38,172 nt of DNA from a virus. Its lineage: Duplodnaviria; Caudoviricetes. Under the pieces are notes generated by a model that was given only the letters and a program-made list of their open reading frames with translations, searched no databases and was not told the DNA's origin. Position numbers and translations under genes: made by a program. This document shows positions 35,988-38,172 of the stretch, piece after piece. Where the stretch lies: positions 1 through 38,172 of the IMG/VR virus record IMGVR_UViG_3300020045_003149; one strand, given 5' to 3'. Each line of letters starts with the position of its first letter. Position 1 is the first letter of the stretch.

Positions 35988-36186
35988 CTCTATAATCGAA
36001 AACACGAAACAAGAACTAGCCGAATGGCTAGATATGACAGACGACCCTTATAAGGTCGTCTGTCATTGCCTGGCTAAGAAAATAAGCCAGATGGAGGAAT
36101 ATATTGTTTATCTTGAGAGACGAGTTAAAGCATATGATGCAGCATCTTCATATAACGAATTCCGAGCACACAGCTGGGAACACTAG
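35965..36186 (+). CDS. Hypothetical protein
   Basis: 73 aa overlapping both bet and the exonuclease gene. Confidence 0.55.
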   Translation: MSNPVTPNSIIENTKQELAEWLDMTDDPYKVVCHCLAKKISQMEEYIVYLERRVKAYDAASSYNEFRAHSWEH

Positions 36187-37030
36187 ATATAAGCTGATCC
36201 AGTTAGAGCAGGGCAGTCAAGAGTGGTTAGACTACAGGAGATCACACATAACGGCTACTGATGCCTGTGTGATCATGGGATCACCGTGGAAGAGTCCTTA
36301 TAAACTTTATCAAGAAAAGTCAGATCCTGCATTTAAGCAGGAGACTAATGAACGGATGAAGCGCGGCACAGATTTAGAACCCATAGCTAGGCATTTGTGT
36401 TGCATCAAGACGGGCTTAGACTTTAAGCCTGCTGTTGCTGTTAAAGATTGGGCAATGGCATCTTTAGATGGCATTACCTCGGACGGCAAAGAGATCCTTG
36501 AAGTTAAGTGTCCTGGGGCTAAAGATCATGCTTTAGCTTCCATGGGTAGGATACCAGATCATTACTTTGCTCAACTTCAGCATCAAATGTATGTCTGTGA
36601 TGTTGAAAAGGTGCATTACTTTAGCTTCGATGGCATTGATGGAGAGCTAGTGATCGTTCACAGGTCCCCTGATTACATCGAGACTATGCTAAGAAAAGAA
36701 AAAGAATTCTACGAGTGTTTGTTAAATAAGACACCACCAGAAGGAGCAGAGCTATGCATCTATAGGTCTGATGAAGAATGGTCAGATTGCGCCTCAAGAT
36801 GGAAATACCTAAACGAGCAGATAAAGATGCTACAGAAGGAAGAGGAAGAGGTGAGAGAGAAACTCATCGCGTTAGCTGGAGAATCAAACACGAAGGGGGA
36901 AGGTATACAACTGTCTCAGGTGACGAGAAAGGGCAATGTGGATTACACTCGAATCCCTGAACTTACAGGGATTAATTTAGATGTATATCGCAAACCAGAT
37001 AGCTTTTTTTGGAAATTGTCTTGTGCATAA
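36134..37030 (+). CDS. YqaJ / lambda-type exonuclease
   Basis: QGSQEWLDYRR..ITATD, GTDLEP, ASLDG, LEVKCP, Y.AQLQHQM; start uncertain. Confidence 0.92.
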   Translation: MMQHLHITNSEHTAGNTRYKLIQLEQGSQEWLDYRRSHITATDACVIMGSPWKSPYKLYQEKSDPAFKQETNERMKRGTDLEPIARHLCCIKTGLDFKPAVAVKDWAMASLDGITSDGKEILEVKCPGAKDHALASMGRIPDHYFAQLQHQMYVCDVEKVHYFSFDGIDGELVIVHRSPDYIETMLRKEKEFYECLLNKTPPEGAELCIYRSDEEWSDCASRWKYLNEQIKMLQKEEEEVREKLIALAGESNTKGEGIQLSQVTRKGNVDYTRIPELTGINLDVYRKPDSFFWKLSCA

Positions 37031-37034
37031 AAAA

Positions 37035-37066
37035 TAAGGGAGAGGTGGAATGAAACCTCTCCCTTA
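37035..37066. terminator. Hairpin terminator between convergent genes
   Basis: Perfect 12-bp stem TAAGGGAGAGGT/ACCTCTCCCTTA with a T-run on the minus strand. Confidence 0.75.
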
Positions 37067-37193
37067 CACTGGATCAGTGAGACAACGCAAAACTCACTGA
37101 TCCCCCCGACCTTAACACCAAACAGAAGACGTACTGTGAACAGTACCACCGAGATCAAGATAACACTCTTATGTTTTAAGTACAATTTTTTTT

Positions 37194-37376
37194 TTAATAC
37201 TCGTGAGCTTTTTCAGCTCTTTTTTTCAGGTCTTTTGAGGCTGATTTTGCTTCCCTCATCTCAACATTTTCCTGTTTCTTTTTAGCAGCTGAAGATGTCT
37301 TTTTCATTTCTTTCTTATAGTGCTTGGCGTCTTTTTCTAAATCTTTAGCCGCTTCTTTCATGATTTTTTTGTGCAT
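37194..37376 (-). CDS. Small Lys-rich basic protein
   Basis: 60 aa, rich in K/A/E, with a GAGG RBS. Confidence 0.7.
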   Translation of the reverse strand: MHKKIMKEAAKDLEKDAKHYKKEMKKTSSAAKKKQENVEMREAKSASKDLKKRAEKAHEY

Positions 37377-37550
37377 TTCGTACCTCTATACGTGCATGTG
37401 AAGGTTCTTGTGTGATAACAGACTATCAAAAAGTTAATTTAACACAAACATAAAGTAATCATGTTGGTGGTGTAAAATTTTAATTTTAGTTGTTATTATT
37501 TTTTAATCTTTGTAGAATTCCGACATCGACACTATAAACATGGAGATGGT

Positions 37551-37736
37551 ATGACTTTTCAAATTATTACTACACAACATCAAAAGATGGTCGAAGAGTT
37601 CGGGGTTGTCGTAAGAAAATACTTTAAGAAAGAAGTAGTCGATCCTGAAGATGCTGCCAGAGCTAGTTTGGAATTCATTCAAATAGCTAAAAAATATAAA
37701 GATAACATTGTGGAGAAAGAAGACGATGAGACTTGA
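37551..37736 (+). CDS. Small hypothetical protein
   Basis: GGAG RBS, with an AT-rich promoter region and TAGAAT upstream. Confidence 0.65.
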   Translation: MTFQIITTQHQKMVEEFGVVVRKYFKKEVVDPEDAARASLEFIQIAKKYKDNIVEKEDDET

Positions 37737-37974
37737 AAGTTCATTTGGTGGAGCTTATCCAATCATACCAAGCGCCGCATCCTTAGCTAAGAGTGCTGCT
37801 GTTATGGCTGTGACTTACCTGGCTATAGAGGCATTTAACCAGCTCACAGTAGAAGCAGGCCCTATTAGTTATGCTGCTTGCGTAGCAGCTTGCGTTCCAA
37901 CTGCTTTGGCTGGTCCTGCAGCAGCTATATGTATAGCAGCATGCGCCCCTTTAGCATTGCCTTGGTGTCCGTAG
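37726..37974 (+). CDS. Secreted Cys/Ala-rich peptide precursor
   Basis: Hydrophobic leader ending VEA, then GPISYAACVAAC...CIAACAPLALPWCP. Confidence 0.7.
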   Translation: MRLESSFGGAYPIIPSAASLAKSAAVMAVTYLAIEAFNQLTVEAGPISYAACVAACVPTALAGPAAAICIAACAPLALPWCP

Positions 37975-38013
37975 TTTAGGTTGCTCACTGGGTGACAGTT
38001 TGTAATAGAGTAA

Positions 38014-38056
38014 GGTGCCCCTCAGTAGGAAACTGGTTGTCAGGGGCGCCCCTTTT
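38014..38056 (+). terminator. Probable terminator
   Basis: GGTGCCCCT...AGGGGCGCC followed by CCTTTT. Confidence 0.5.
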
Positions 38057-38172
38057 CATTTCTCGGGTTTCTTAGATTTATGGGTTTTAGTAGTGTCCTT
38101 TGATTCCCGAGCCTTTGATAGTGCTATGGCAACCGATTGCTTCTCTGGACGTCCAGAATGTCGCAGCTCAGA
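38052..38172. repeat. Terminal direct repeat, right copy
   Basis: Identical to bases 1-121. Confidence 0.95.

Noticed and set aside
38052-38172. 121-bp terminal repeat as a true virion terminal repeat
   Set aside because: An exact, k-mer-sized overlap that cuts through a gene is typical of circular assembly; it supports completeness but not physical ends.

Overview
This window is an apparently complete ~38.05-kb dsDNA tailed-phage genome. Bases 1-121 are repeated exactly at 38052-38172, most likely a circular assembly overlap. Most genes are on the minus strand. The late module is podovirus-like: small and large terminase, a free-standing HNH gene, a P22-like portal, scaffold, an N4-gp56-like major capsid protein, tail adaptor and nozzle, three probable ejection proteins, a KTSC-domain protein and two long Gly/Thr-rich fibres, one ending in a C1q-like domain. 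The early module holds a Cro-like HTH, a replication initiator with internal 15-bp iterons, a DnaC-like loader, a RusA-like nuclease, a ParB-DNA methyltransferase fusion, Bet/RecT with a YqaJ exonuclease, and a Tn21-like serine resolvase with a res-like site. I could not recognise an integrase, CI repressor, endolysin, tRNA or CRISPR array. Highlights: (1) a five-copy, internally covarying mini-pseudoknot RNA motif in the leaders of two late operons; (2) a ~120-nt intergenic region with several possible pseudoknot pairings near the portal gene; (3) signs of a phage-plasmid lifestyle (res site plus resolvase, antisense RNA upstream of the rep genes); (4) indirect hints of a peptidoglycan-poor, possibly chlamydial, host; (5) a secreted CX3C...CX3C peptide moron. 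All family calls come from recognising motifs by eye, not from database searches.
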